A stretch of 64,000 bases of DNA from Lachnospiraceae bacterium (lineage in GTDB: Bacteria; Bacillota; Clostridia; Lachnospirales; Lachnospiraceae): positions 187-64,186 of the forward strand of contig JAXJPR010000041.1 of NCBI GenBank assembly GCA_036311565.1, written 5' to 3'. Made by a program: the position numbers and the translations under genes. Below, in pieces: positions 35,220-45,246 of this stretch. Position 1 is the stretch's first letter; each line of letters starts with the position of its first letter. The notes under the pieces were generated by a model that made no database searches, was not told the origin of the DNA, and saw only the letters and a list, made by a program, of their open reading frames with translations.

Positions 35220-35349
35220 ATTTGAAGATAAAAAGAGATATGACCAGGCTTCTTCTGAATATCAGTACTCATCTTAATTTTAAAGCTTGATATTTTTGGT
35301 TTATTATGAGACTATTATAATAAAGTCGAGGAGAAAGGAGTAACATGAT

Positions 35350-36120
35350 GTGTTCTCATCCGAATACATTATGAAAAGAAGTATGCTGATTGAATTAACC
35401 AAAGAGCAGGAAGACAGATTGACATCTGCAGAATATAAAGTGATGCAATGGATCAATGAACATGAAGAAAAAATACCAGAATATTCGATTAATCGCATTG
35501 CTGATGAAAGCTATACTTCTCCAGCGACGGTTTCACGGGCCATTCGAAAATGTGGATTTTTGGGAATTGCAGAATTAAAATATAAGATTTCTGCAAAATT
35601 AAATTATGTAGCAGAAGAAAAAGTTGTAAATGAGATATTTTGCCGGACACTTGATGAGTGTAAGGAATCTATTGAGTCTATCGAAGTAGATAAAATTTTA
35701 AGAATTGTCCGTTATATTAAATTCTCTGAAAAGATTTATCTCATTGCCAGAGGAACGACAGCATTGATTGCAAAAGATTTTGAATTGCAGTTGCAGCTGT
35801 TGGGCTATAACGCTTATGTGATATCGGATGCAGTCATTCTTAAAATGTCAAAGAAAATATTTAAGAAAAATAATTTGGTCATTATTTTTACCATGAAAAA
35901 TAGTACACCGGAATTAGAAATTACTGCCAGAAATGCAAAAGAAGCAGGGGCAACGGTAGTTACATGCTGTTGTATCAAGGGAACTTCTCTAGAACAGCAT
36001 TCAGATATTACTATTTGTGTTGGAAAGAAAAATAATAAAATTATTGAGGAATATAATATTTCTTCTAGACTTCCACTGCAGATTATTTCCAAGACATTGA
36101 CAGAATACTTAATACTGTAA
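35350..36120 (+). CDS. MurR/RpiR family transcriptional regulator (HTH_6 plus SIS)
   Basis: HTH segment INRIADESYTSPATVSRAIRKCGFLGIAELK and a C-terminal SIS domain. GTG start 10 nt after AAGGAG. Confidence 0.8.
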   Translation: MFSSEYIMKRSMLIELTKEQEDRLTSAEYKVMQWINEHEEKIPEYSINRIADESYTSPATVSRAIRKCGFLGIAELKYKISAKLNYVAEEKVVNEIFCRTLDECKESIESIEVDKILRIVRYIKFSEKIYLIARGTTALIAKDFELQLQLLGYNAYVISDAVILKMSKKIFKKNNLVIIFTMKNSTPELEITARNAKEAGATVVTCCCIKGTSLEQHSDITICVGKKNNKIIEEYNISSRLPLQIISKTLTEYLIL

Positions 36121-36298
36121 TTTTGAAAATGCCATTTTTTAATTTTCATAATAGAAAAGGTTGATTTTATGCCAAAAATCAATCTTTCTTTTATTGAGTG
36201 AAAAGTGAATTAGAAAATATTTTCAGATGTGAATTGTTAAACTGAAATTAAGAACATAAGAGCAGACAAAAAACGTAATATATTGGGAAGGTGTAAAA

Positions 36299-38224
36299 AT
36301 GTTAAGCAATCGTCAAATTCAATTCATTAAATATTTGGAAAAAACAGAAGGATATATTACGATTAAAAAACTTGCTTCGATTTTTGATGTAAGTGAGAGA
36401 ACGGTAAGAAATGATTTGGATGCGATTGAGCGTTTTTTACAGAATAAATCCATTCATTTAGAGCGTATACCCAGGGTGGGAATACGTTTAAAAAACAAAA
36501 CGGAAATAAACATGGATGCCATCTTACAAGAAAAAGATGTATTTTTTGATTCTAAAGAAAACCGAATTTGCCGAATTATTGTATTGCTGATCTTAAAAGA
36601 GAACGTGACATTTGAATATCTTGAAAAAGAGCTAAAGGTTGCTAAGAATACAATTGTCGCAGATTTTAAAATAGTCCAAGATGTGCTGAAGAATAATGGG
36701 ATTTCATTAATAAAAAAGGCATTTGTAGGAATAGAGCTAAGAGGAAAAGAAGAGCAGATTCGGAATATGATGTTTAATCTTTATATTCAGGCATTATACG
36801 AGGCGAATATCGATGTTTTTGAAATGGTCAAAAAAGATTCCATTGAAGTAGAGAAAGAGACAAAAAGTATCATTAATTATATTGAAAAGGTAGAAGAAAT
36901 TCGCTATACCGATGAATCTATGAAAGAATTAGAGGGAATGATCACATTATCTCTTCATCGAATAAGATCAGGGTATCATGTAGAAGAGAGTGCATTGATG
37001 AATGCTATGGAAAATGATATTATGTATTTCTACATAAAACGATATTTTCAAAATGAAACTAAAATGCAAATGAGCAAAGGGGATATATGTTACTTTGCAA
37101 TGCTGTTTCGGAGTTCGAAAAGCCTGAATGCAAGAAAATCAGATGTTTCCAAAGAGGATAAAAAAATTTTTGAATTGAGTAAGCAGCTGATTCATGATTT
37201 TACAAATAAAATGAATATTCAAATAGATCAGGATGAAGAATTGTGTGAAAATCTGATCATGCATTTGAAAGTGGCTATTTTTCGCCTGCGCAATCACATT
37301 AAGATTGAAAATCCTTTTTGTAATGATATACAGTATTCAACTTCTTTTATGTATGACGTTACTCACAAATTACTAAAAAAATACGAGAGATTGTTTCAGG
37401 TAATCTTCCCAGAGGAAGAAATTGCATTTATTACAATGTATTTTGAAGTAATCTATCAGAAATATATAAAAGCAGAAACAGATTTGAATGTTATTATTGT
37501 TTGTGATGGTGGTATTGCAACTTCGTCTTTGCTGAAGCAAAGACTGGCTATTTACATACCAGAACTTCAGGTTCATAAAGTTTATCGAAAGAAAGATATT
37601 CAAAATAATATTGATAAGATAAAACCAGATCTAATTATAAGCACATTATGTTTACAGATTTCAGGATATGAAGTCTTAAAGGTGAATCCAATTTTAAATT
37701 CAGAAGATATTAACAAAATTACTCATAAAATAACACAATTATCTTATGAGAAGAAGAATAAACAAATTATAAAACAAATCGTACAAGATGATAAAACCCA
37801 GATTCAGATATTATTAAATCCACAGTATTGTCAATTTGAAGTAAAAATAGACAATTGGGAAGAAGCAATTCGTATAGCAGCAAGTCCATTGGTCTACAAT
37901 AAAAATATTAATGTTGAATATGTTAACGAGATGATTAAAGTTGTACATGAAGTTGGAAATTATATGATCTTTATTCCAGAGATTGCATTTGTACATTCAC
38001 ACCCGAAAAATGTAAATCAGTCTAGTATTGCATTATTAAATTTAGCAAATCCAATTGAGTTTGGAAGTAAAGATAAGAACAGTGTAAAAGTAATTGTGGT
38101 CGTAGCAAGTACGCAGGAAAATACAATATTAGCAAATTTAATTAAACTTCTTTTAGTAGGCAACAATATTGAATTATTTAAAAATGCGAGAAGTTATGAA
38201 GATTTATTGAAATTAGAAGAGTAA
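36299..38224 (+). CDS. PRD-domain transcriptional activator of the BglG/MtlR/LicR type, with EIIB-like and EIIA domains
   Basis: 641 aa. N-terminal HTH (ITIKKLASIFDVSERTVRNDLD), two PRD-like segments, an EIIB-like IVCDGGIATSS and a C-terminal EIIA(Mtl/Ntr-type)-like domain. Confidence 0.8.
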   Translation: MLSNRQIQFIKYLEKTEGYITIKKLASIFDVSERTVRNDLDAIERFLQNKSIHLERIPRVGIRLKNKTEINMDAILQEKDVFFDSKENRICRIIVLLILKENVTFEYLEKELKVAKNTIVADFKIVQDVLKNNGISLIKKAFVGIELRGKEEQIRNMMFNLYIQALYEANIDVFEMVKKDSIEVEKETKSIINYIEKVEEIRYTDESMKELEGMITLSLHRIRSGYHVEESALMNAMENDIMYFYIKRYFQNETKMQMSKGDICYFAMLFRSSKSLNARKSDVSKEDKKIFELSKQLIHDFTNKMNIQIDQDEELCENLIMHLKVAIFRLRNHIKIENPFCNDIQYSTSFMYDVTHKLLKKYERLFQVIFPEEEIAFITMYFEVIYQKYIKAETDLNVIIVCDGGIATSSLLKQRLAIYIPELQVHKVYRKKDIQNNIDKIKPDLIISTLCLQISGYEVLKVNPILNSEDINKITHKITQLSYEKKNKQIIKQIVQDDKTQIQILLNPQYCQFEVKIDNWEEAIRIAASPLVYNKNINVEYVNEMIKVVHEVGNYMIFIPEIAFVHSHPKNVNQSSIALLNLANPIEFGSKDKNSVKVIVVVASTQENTILANLIKLLLVGNNIELFKNARSYEDLLKLEE

Positions 38225-38515
38225 ATGTACTGGAGGGAACTTATGGAGGGAATTTGGACAATTTGTAATACGGGATTAGGATCTAGTTATTTTGTTGAGA
38301 TGAATATTCAGGATATACTAAATAAGTATAACAAAAATGATCAGTATTTTACTTGTCATGGAGCATTGTATGATGTGGATTGGAGTTTGGTTGATATTGC
38401 AGTTGTCGCAAGGGACATTATCGATCTTGTTCCAGAGTTTGTAAAGAAAGTTGTTCTGAACAGCATTGTAGATCTGGATGAATTAGAAACTAAATTATTA
38501 GAGGTCATAGGATAG
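38225..38515 (+). CDS. PTS ascorbate-family EIIB component
   Basis: Active-site region ICNTGLGSSYFVEMN resembles SgaB/UlaB (CGxGLGSS). The start is uncertain (38225 or 38243). Confidence 0.7.
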   Translation: MYWRELMEGIWTICNTGLGSSYFVEMNIQDILNKYNKNDQYFTCHGALYDVDWSLVDIAVVARDIIDLVPEFVKKVVLNSIVDLDELETKLLEVIG

Positions 38516-38530
38516 AAAGAGGTTTGTAGT

Positions 38531-39928
38531 ATGGTCAAAGAAGTAATTTTCCAGCCATCTATCTTTGTTGGTCTCATTGTTGTGATTGGACTGCTTCTAC
38601 AAAAAAAGCCAATAGAAAATGTTATTATTGGGACCATAAAATCTATGATAGGTATGCAGATTATTATTACCGGAAGCAGCATTATTACAGATTCGGTTCT
38701 TCCTTTTAATGAAATGTTTCAGCAGGGATTTCATATCAGTGGTACTATGCTAAATGTGGAAGCTGCTTCCAGTATAGCAATCTCTCAATTTGGAACAGAT
38801 ATATCGATTGTCATGATATTAGGAATTATGGTCAATCTATTTTTGGCCAGGATTACAAGATATCGATATATTTTTACAACAGGACAACATGTTCTGTATA
38901 TGTCCAGCATCATTGTAGTAGTGTTAGAAGCATATCACGTGGAAGGATTTGTGCGATATTTGATCGGTGCCTTAAGTCTAGGAATTATTATGGTATTGTC
39001 ACCGGCAATTCTACAAAGATACACGGTAAAGATATGCAAAAATGAGCAGGTAGCAATGGGGCATTTTGGGAGTCTTTATTATCTGCTTTCCGCATGTCTT
39101 GGGAAAATCTATGGAAATCAATCAAAATCTATACAGGAAATTAAAATTCCAAAATGGTTGTCATTTATTCGCGATACTTCTGTCATTCTTTGTATTACCA
39201 TGGCTGGTATGTACATAATCGTAGCATTGATTGCTGGAAAATCTTACATTGAGGGAAATCTATCGGGCGGAGAGCATTATATTGTATATGCGATCTCAAA
39301 AGGGATCATATTTACTATTGGCTTTATTATGATTAACACAGGAATTCGATGGTTTACGGGAGAAATGATTCCTGCTATGAAAGGGTTCGCCAATAAATGG
39401 ATTCCTAATGCGAAGGCGACCGTAGATTGTCCATTGGTATTTCCATATACACCCAATGCAATTATCCTGGGTTTTTTAGTTTCTTTTTTTGGCGGTCTGT
39501 GTTCATTACTATTTATGCTCATTTGTGACATGCCAATTATTCTGCCAAGTGTAGTTCCTCATTTCTTTTGTGGAGCAACCGCAGCAGTATATGGGAATGA
39601 AACAGGTGGAGTTCGTGGCGCCTGTATCGGTTCCTTTGTGACTGGTGTTATCATGTCCTTTATGCCGCTGTTATTTTTGCCACATTTAGGAACTATGGCA
39701 GCAGCAGGAGTTACATTTGCAGAGTCTGAGTTTGGAATTGTCGCTTTATGCCTCGGAAAATGGTTCAAAAGAGTTGGTTCCTATGGAACTTTAACAATAT
39801 TAATTGGGATTATTATAATTATGGCATTGCTTCCGGAAATGTTAGAAGACCGAGAAGAAGATGTTCCATGGTTTATTACAGATAGCTCAATATATGAAAA
39901 AAAGCAGGATGAAAAGAAATCTGTGTAG
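38531..39928 (+). CDS. PTS ascorbate-family EIIC component (UlaA/SgaT-like)
   Basis: 465-aa polytopic membrane protein immediately after the EIIB gene. N-terminal pattern (PSIFVGLIVVIGLLLQKK) resembles UlaA. Confidence 0.8.
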   Translation: MVKEVIFQPSIFVGLIVVIGLLLQKKPIENVIIGTIKSMIGMQIIITGSSIITDSVLPFNEMFQQGFHISGTMLNVEAASSIAISQFGTDISIVMILGIMVNLFLARITRYRYIFTTGQHVLYMSSIIVVVLEAYHVEGFVRYLIGALSLGIIMVLSPAILQRYTVKICKNEQVAMGHFGSLYYLLSACLGKIYGNQSKSIQEIKIPKWLSFIRDTSVILCITMAGMYIIVALIAGKSYIEGNLSGGEHYIVYAISKGIIFTIGFIMINTGIRWFTGEMIPAMKGFANKWIPNAKATVDCPLVFPYTPNAIILGFLVSFFGGLCSLLFMLICDMPIILPSVVPHFFCGATAAVYGNETGGVRGACIGSFVTGVIMSFMPLLFLPHLGTMAAAGVTFAESEFGIVALCLGKWFKRVGSYGTLTILIGIIIIMALLPEMLEDREEDVPWFITDSSIYEKKQDEKKSV

Positions 39929-39957
39929 GAATGTGAATTCCTATACAGATTTTTTTT
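39919..39957 (+). terminator. Rho-independent terminator of the ascorbate-type PTS operon
   Basis: ATCTGTGTAGGAAT / AATTCCTATACAGAT stem followed by TTTTTTTT. Overlaps the EIIC stop codon. Confidence 0.85.
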
Positions 39958-40099
39958 AACAAAAGGGCTGTTCGCAGAGTTGATGCAAAGATAGAAAAAA
40001 GTTGCCACATTTATGGAAAAGGATTGGTATAGAGCGATTCAGGTAAAAAAATTATAATTTAATTACAACATAACGAGAAGAAAAAAGGAGGAAAAAATT

Positions 40100-40846
40100 A
40101 TGTTATTATCTGCTATTTTGGTAGCACTGATTGCCACAATCAGTCAATGGTGGGTGAACCACTCAATTACAAGAACATGGCTGTATCCTATTTGGTTAGG
40201 ATTTTTAGTAGCACTTGCAATGGGAGAACCATTAGTAGGGATGAAAGCAGCAGCCTATATTCAGTTGACTTACTTAGGCTGGATCACAGCTGGAGGTACC
40301 ATGCCAGGAAACTTAATGGTGGCAGGAGCCTTCGGTACAGCACTTACAATTTTATCTGGAGCTGATCCAAGTTTAGCACCTACTTTTGCTGTTCCATTTA
40401 GTTTGTTAGGTATTTTAATTAATCAGGCTTATATGACCATTAACAGTTTTTGGGTACATAAAGCAGACCAGTACTTGGAACAGGGAAATATTACTGGAAT
40501 GCGAATCATGAACTATGTTCCATCTGGTCTGACTGCTGCAGTATTATATGGAATTCCAGCATTTGCAATGGTATATTTTGGAGGAGATTTTGCTCAATCT
40601 GCATTAGCAGCAATTCCACAGACTATGATTGATGCATTAAATGTAGTTGGTGCATTAATGCCAGCCTTAGGTATTGCAATGTTATTAAGTTTTTTAGGAA
40701 AGAAAAAGATCATCGCATTTTTCTTTATCGGTTATTTTGCAACGGTATATGGCAACATGGACACTATGGCAATCACTGTATTTGCGGCAGCCATCGGAGT
40801 CTTAGTATACTTCTTTACTGGAAAAACGGAAGAGGAGGAAATTTAG
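40100..40846 (+). CDS. PTS mannose/fructose/sorbose-family EIIC
   Basis: 248-aa membrane protein directly preceding an EIID gene. Typical length and hydrophobic pattern. Confidence 0.85.
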   Translation: MLLSAILVALIATISQWWVNHSITRTWLYPIWLGFLVALAMGEPLVGMKAAAYIQLTYLGWITAGGTMPGNLMVAGAFGTALTILSGADPSLAPTFAVPFSLLGILINQAYMTINSFWVHKADQYLEQGNITGMRIMNYVPSGLTAAVLYGIPAFAMVYFGGDFAQSALAAIPQTMIDALNVVGALMPALGIAMLLSFLGKKKIIAFFFIGYFATVYGNMDTMAITVFAAAIGVLVYFFTGKTEEEEI

Positions 40847-40847
40847 A

Positions 40848-41690
40848 ATGAGCGAAGAAAAGATTGTAAAAACTGAAAAAAAACTTCAGAAAAAAGATTT
40901 AATTAAGCATTGGATTTTAGGATATTCCAGTGAAACTTGTTATAACTATGAACGACTTCAGGCGTTAGGAACAACAAATGCCATGGTTCCAATTGTACGC
41001 CGTTTGTATGATAAAAAAGAAGATCAGGTAAAAGCATTAAAAAAATATATGGTATTCTTCAACACAGAACCATCTTTTATTGGAACGGTCATTCATGGGG
41101 TAGCAGCTTCTATGGAAGAACAGGCTGCAAATGGAGAAGAAGTTACAGCAGAAGATATTAATGCAGTTCGGACAGGTCTGATGGGACCAATCGCTGGTAT
41201 TGGTGATACGGTTTCCCAGGGAATTGTATATCCGATCTTAGCAGGTATTTGTTGTAGCCTGGCATTAGCTGGAAACTTTGCAGGACCAATTATTTTTGAA
41301 ATTGCATACAAAGTGATCATGCTTGGTATGGGATATGCCATGTACATGACTGGATATAAACAAGGGAAAACCGCAATCATCAGAATTCTTCGTGCTGGTA
41401 CCTTAAATAGAATTACAGAAATTTTTAGTATTGTAGGGTTAATGGTAGTAGGTAATATGGCAGCGACCAGAGTAACTATTACGACGCCAATTGCATTTAC
41501 GGTAGGTGAAGTTGGAATTAATTTGCAGGAAATTTTAGATTCCTTATTACCAGGAATGCTGCCACTTGCAGCAACGTTACTTGTATGGATGCTGTTAAAC
41601 AAAAAAATTAAAGCGACTTATGTTATTGTAATTTTATTTGTTGTGGGTATTCTTGCTTCCTTAACTGGAATTTTAGCAGTAGCAGCTTAG
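40848..41690 (+). CDS. PTS mannose/fructose/sorbose-family EIID
   Basis: 280 aa: NYERLQALG, FFNTEPSFIG and GPIAGIGDT are EIID signatures. Confidence 0.9.
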   Translation: MSEEKIVKTEKKLQKKDLIKHWILGYSSETCYNYERLQALGTTNAMVPIVRRLYDKKEDQVKALKKYMVFFNTEPSFIGTVIHGVAASMEEQAANGEEVTAEDINAVRTGLMGPIAGIGDTVSQGIVYPILAGICCSLALAGNFAGPIIFEIAYKVIMLGMGYAMYMTGYKQGKTAIIRILRAGTLNRITEIFSIVGLMVVGNMAATRVTITTPIAFTVGEVGINLQEILDSLLPGMLPLAATLLVWMLLNKKIKATYVIVILFVVGILASLTGILAVAA

Positions 41691-41708
41691 GTGTTGTAGG
41701 AGGAATAA

Positions 41709-42101
41709 ATGGTAGGAATTATAGTAATTAGTCATGGAATGTTATGTGAAGGTATCGTCGATAGTGTTTCTATGGTTGCTGGAGAAATAGAACAGATGAA
41801 AATGGTGTCATTAAAGCCAGGAATGTCACCGGAGACATATTCTGTCATGGTAAAAGATGCAATTAAGGAAGTAGATACTGGAGATGGTGCAGTTGTCTTT
41901 GTGGACTTAATTGGAGGGACACCATTTAATACAATCGGTATGCTGAGCAGAGATTTGAATGTAGAAATCGTGACAGGTATGAATATGGCAATGCTGGTGA
42001 CGGTTGCTCTTGAAAGAAACGAAGATAGTACAATGAGTGATTTAGCTGAGGCAGCCAGACAGGCAGGATTAGAAGGAATCCGGATTTTAAAGCGAAATTA
42101 A
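41709..42101 (+). CDS. PTS mannose-family EIIA
   Basis: 130 aa. MVGIIVISHG (phospho-histidine) and DLIGGTPFN. Confidence 0.88.
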   Translation: MVGIIVISHGMLCEGIVDSVSMVAGEIEQMKMVSLKPGMSPETYSVMVKDAIKEVDTGDGAVVFVDLIGGTPFNTIGMLSRDLNVEIVTGMNMAMLVTVALERNEDSTMSDLAEAARQAGLEGIRILKRN

Positions 42102-42116
42102 GAAGGAGTTAGAAAA

Positions 42117-43178
42117 ATGAAAGCAGTTCGATTACATAAATTAAATGATTTATGTTATGAAGAGATAAAATTACCAGAATTAAAAGATGACGAAATTCTT
42201 ATTAAAGTAGAAGCTTGCGGAATTTGTGGATCCGATATTCCAAGAGCATTTGAATTAGGAGCACACGTATATCCATTAGTATTAGGACATGAATTTGCAG
42301 GTACCGTTGTGAAAACGGCAAATGAAAACGACGAGATGTTGATTGGAAAGACTGCAGCTGTATTTCCTATTATTCCTTGCTTCGAATGTGAGAATTGTAA
42401 AGCTGGACATTATGCACAGTGTGAAAATTATAATTACCTGGGTTCCAGATGCGATGGTGCATTTGCAGAATATTGTATTGTACCATCTAAATGGCATTTG
42501 ATCTTTTCTAATAATCCAAATGTTTCCATGGAAGCATTATGTATGGTGGAACCGGCAACTGTAGCACAGCATGCAATACGAAAAAGCGAATTGCAGGCAG
42601 GCCAGACAGCTGTCATAGTTGGAGCAGGTCCGATTGGAATGATGGCTGCCAGATGGGCAAAGATTTTTGGAGCAAAAAGGGTTGCTTTGATTGATATTAA
42701 TCAGGAAAAAGTAGAATTTTCAAGAAATCTTGGATTTGAAGTTTATAATTCAAAAGAAGTGGATGTTGTTAAGACCATTCAGGAATTTACAGATAATAAG
42801 GGTGTTAATGTTGTAATAGAAGGAACAGGAACTTCTTCTGGATTAAACCAGGCAATTGAAATGGTAAAGGCATTTGGAACGATTGTTTTAATGGGAAATC
42901 CGCATCAAAATACAATGATTGAATTGAAAAATCATAGTCAGATTCTTAGAAAAGAAATTCAACTGAAGGGAGTATGGAATTCTATCTATTCAGATGCCCT
43001 GGTCAATGAATGGAAGTACACTGTTGATATGATGGATCAGGAGAAATTACAAGTAGAAGACTTGATTACACATAAAGCAGGTTTGAGTGATGTATGTGAT
43101 TTATTCCATAAAATTAACAATCATGAAATTACTATTTGTAAGGCAATCTACAGTGCAAAATGTAATGAAAGGAAGTAA
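42117..43178 (+). CDS. Zinc-dependent medium-chain dehydrogenase (galactitol-1-P / sorbitol-type)
   Basis: CGICGSD, GHEFAG, a structural-zinc cysteine cluster (CFECENCKAGHYAQC) and Rossmann loop GAGPIG. Confidence 0.85.
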   Translation: MKAVRLHKLNDLCYEEIKLPELKDDEILIKVEACGICGSDIPRAFELGAHVYPLVLGHEFAGTVVKTANENDEMLIGKTAAVFPIIPCFECENCKAGHYAQCENYNYLGSRCDGAFAEYCIVPSKWHLIFSNNPNVSMEALCMVEPATVAQHAIRKSELQAGQTAVIVGAGPIGMMAARWAKIFGAKRVALIDINQEKVEFSRNLGFEVYNSKEVDVVKTIQEFTDNKGVNVVIEGTGTSSGLNQAIEMVKAFGTIVLMGNPHQNTMIELKNHSQILRKEIQLKGVWNSIYSDALVNEWKYTVDMMDQEKLQVEDLITHKAGLSDVCDLFHKINNHEITICKAIYSAKCNERK

Positions 43179-43184
43179 AGAAAT

Positions 43185-43871
43185 ATGAAGGAAAAATTTT
43201 CAGCATCACTTATGTGTATGGACTTTCTAAAAATAAAAGAACAGTTAGAAATTTTAAATGACAAAGTTGGAATGTATCATATTGATATTATGGATGGCCA
43301 TTATTGTCCCAATATCACCTTGTCACCAGATATGATCAAAGCGTTTAAAAAAGTATCTGCGATTCCAATGGATGTACATCTTATGACGACTACTCCATCT
43401 GACTGGATTGAAATAGTGGCAAATGCAGGTGCAGATATCATTTCTCCGCATGCAGAAACTATTAATGTAGAAGCATTTCGCATTTTTAATTTAATTGAAT
43501 CATTAGGTTGTAAATGTGGATTAGTATTAAATCCTGCAACAACGTTAGATTCTGTAAAACATTATTTAAACCGAATTGATTTGTTAACGATTATGACGGT
43601 AGATGTTGGATTCTCCGGACAACCATTAATCGAAGAAATGCTTGATAAGATTCGTGAAGCGAAAAAATTGAGCGAAAAAAATGGTTATAAATATAAAATT
43701 CAGGTAGATGGGTGTTGTAATCCAAAAACATTTGAAATTTTAGAAAAGGCTGGTGCGGATGTTTTTATTGTTGGTAACACAGGATTATTTGCCCTGGATC
43801 AGGATCTGAATAAAGCGTGTGAGAAAATGTTTAGTGCATATCAGAATGTAACAAAAAATGTTCAGCTATAA
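43185..43871 (+). CDS. Ribulose-phosphate 3-epimerase family enzyme (ketohexose-6-P 3-epimerase, AlsE-like)
   Basis: SLMCMDF, HIDIMDGHYCPNIT, MDVHLM, and MTVDVGFSGQ followed by VDG. Confidence 0.85.
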   Translation: MKEKFSASLMCMDFLKIKEQLEILNDKVGMYHIDIMDGHYCPNITLSPDMIKAFKKVSAIPMDVHLMTTTPSDWIEIVANAGADIISPHAETINVEAFRIFNLIESLGCKCGLVLNPATTLDSVKHYLNRIDLLTIMTVDVGFSGQPLIEEMLDKIREAKKLSEKNGYKYKIQVDGCCNPKTFEILEKAGADVFIVGNTGLFALDQDLNKACEKMFSAYQNVTKNVQL

Positions 43872-43895
43872 GGTTCGAAAAGGAGAAGTATTATT

Positions 43896-44369
43896 ATGAC
43901 AGAAAATGTATTATTGGCAAGAGTAGATGACCGTTTAATTCATGGACAAGTTATGACAGCCTGGATGAAGTTACTGCCTGCAAAGCAGATTATTATCATC
44001 GATGATAAAGTAGCAACAGATGATTTTATGATCAGTGTTCTGGAAATGGCAGCTCCAAAAGGAGTAAAAGTAAGGGTGTTTAGTTGTGATAAAGCAACTG
44101 AAATTTTAGCGAAAGGTATTAAAACTCCATCCATTCTGCTTGCAAAGTCACCAATTACTTATAAAAGACTGATTGATGGCGGAGTTGACTTAACAGCAGT
44201 AAATCTTGGCGGAATGGGAATTAATGAAACACGCACAACTTTGTACAAAAATTTAGCTGCCAGTCCTGAAGAAAGGACTGCAATAAAAGAGATGTTAGAT
44301 GCAGGTGTTGATGTAAAAATTCAGGTTATTCCAGCAGATAAAGTAGTAGAGATTAAAAATTTGTTATAA
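43896..44369 (+). CDS. PTS mannose/sorbose-family EIIB
   Basis: LARVDDRLIHGQV (phospho-histidine motif). 157 aa. Confidence 0.9.
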   Translation: MTENVLLARVDDRLIHGQVMTAWMKLLPAKQIIIIDDKVATDDFMISVLEMAAPKGVKVRVFSCDKATEILAKGIKTPSILLAKSPITYKRLIDGGVDLTAVNLGGMGINETRTTLYKNLAASPEERTAIKEMLDAGVDVKIQVIPADKVVEIKNLL

Positions 44370-44517
44370 ACTCTTATATCTTTTAAAAGAAGGTGTCATA
44401 CTAAATTTTAGTGTGATGCCTTCTATTTTTTTATATATAGAACTTTTTTTATCCCAAATAGTGTATAATAAAAGAAATAAAAATGATACAAGAAGGTATG
44501 TGTTGGGAGGTAACAGT

Positions 44518-45246
44518 ATGAATCGCTTAGTATTTATAATACTGAAAAATTTTTGGAAAGTGCCATGGAACTATGGAAAGCTATGTTATTATGCAAAACA
44601 TTCAGAACAATATCCGGAGGAAATAAAATATCAACATATTCAGTACATACTTAAGACGGCTGTAAATTCTGGAAATATTAATCTTGAAGTATATGGAAAA
44701 GAAAACATTCCGAAAGAAAATGGATTTATGATGTACGGCAATCATCAGGGATTGTTTGATGTGCTGGCCATTGTGGCTTCTTTTGATCATCCAGTGGCAG
44801 CTGTACTGAAAAAGGAATTACAGAATATACCATTTATAAAACAGGTTATTGCCTGTACAAAGTCATTTCCAATGGATCGGGAAGATATCCGGCAGTCTAT
44901 GGAAGTTATGAAAGAGGTTACAAAAGAAGTGAAAAATGGGCGAAACTATTTGATTTTCCCAGAAGGAACCAGAAGTAAAAAAGGAAACGAGATGTTAGAA
45001 TTTCATGGAGGCAGTTTTCGGTGTGCATTAAAGGCTAAATGTCCGATCTTACCATTTGCATTAATTGACAGTTATAAAGTGTTGGATGAAAAAGGATGCA
45101 GCCCGGTAACAGTGCAGATTCACTATCTGGAGCCTATTTCTTATGAAGAATATAAAGGATTAAAATCAAAGGAACTTGCATCTATGGTACGTGCAAGAAT
45201 TGAAGAAGTCATAAAAAATAAAAAAGATAAAGGGATAACTGTATGA
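44518..45246 (+). CDS. plsC: 1-acyl-sn-glycerol-3-phosphate acyltransferase (PlsC family)
   Basis: HX4D motif NHQGLFD and FPEGTRS. Start chosen at the ATG behind GGGAGG; the track ORF starts at 44413. Confidence 0.85.
   Translation: MNRLVFIILKNFWKVPWNYGKLCYYAKHSEQYPEEIKYQHIQYILKTAVNSGNINLEVYGKENIPKENGFMMYGNHQGLFDVLAIVASFDHPVAAVLKKELQNIPFIKQVIACTKSFPMDREDIRQSMEVMKEVTKEVKNGRNYLIFPEGTRSKKGNEMLEFHGGSFRCALKAKCPILPFALIDSYKVLDEKGCSPVTVQIHYLEPISYEEYKGLKSKELASMVRARIEEVIKNKKDKGITV

Noticed and set aside
39990-40099. Sigma-54 (-24/-12) promoter upstream of the mannose-type PTS operon.
   Set aside because: TGGTATAGAGCGATTCA does not satisfy GG-N10-GC spacing, and no LevR-like activator is nearby.
41093-41602. 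169-aa antisense ORF inside the PTS EIID gene.
   Set aside because: A mirror-frame artefact of a membrane-protein gene, with no start context.
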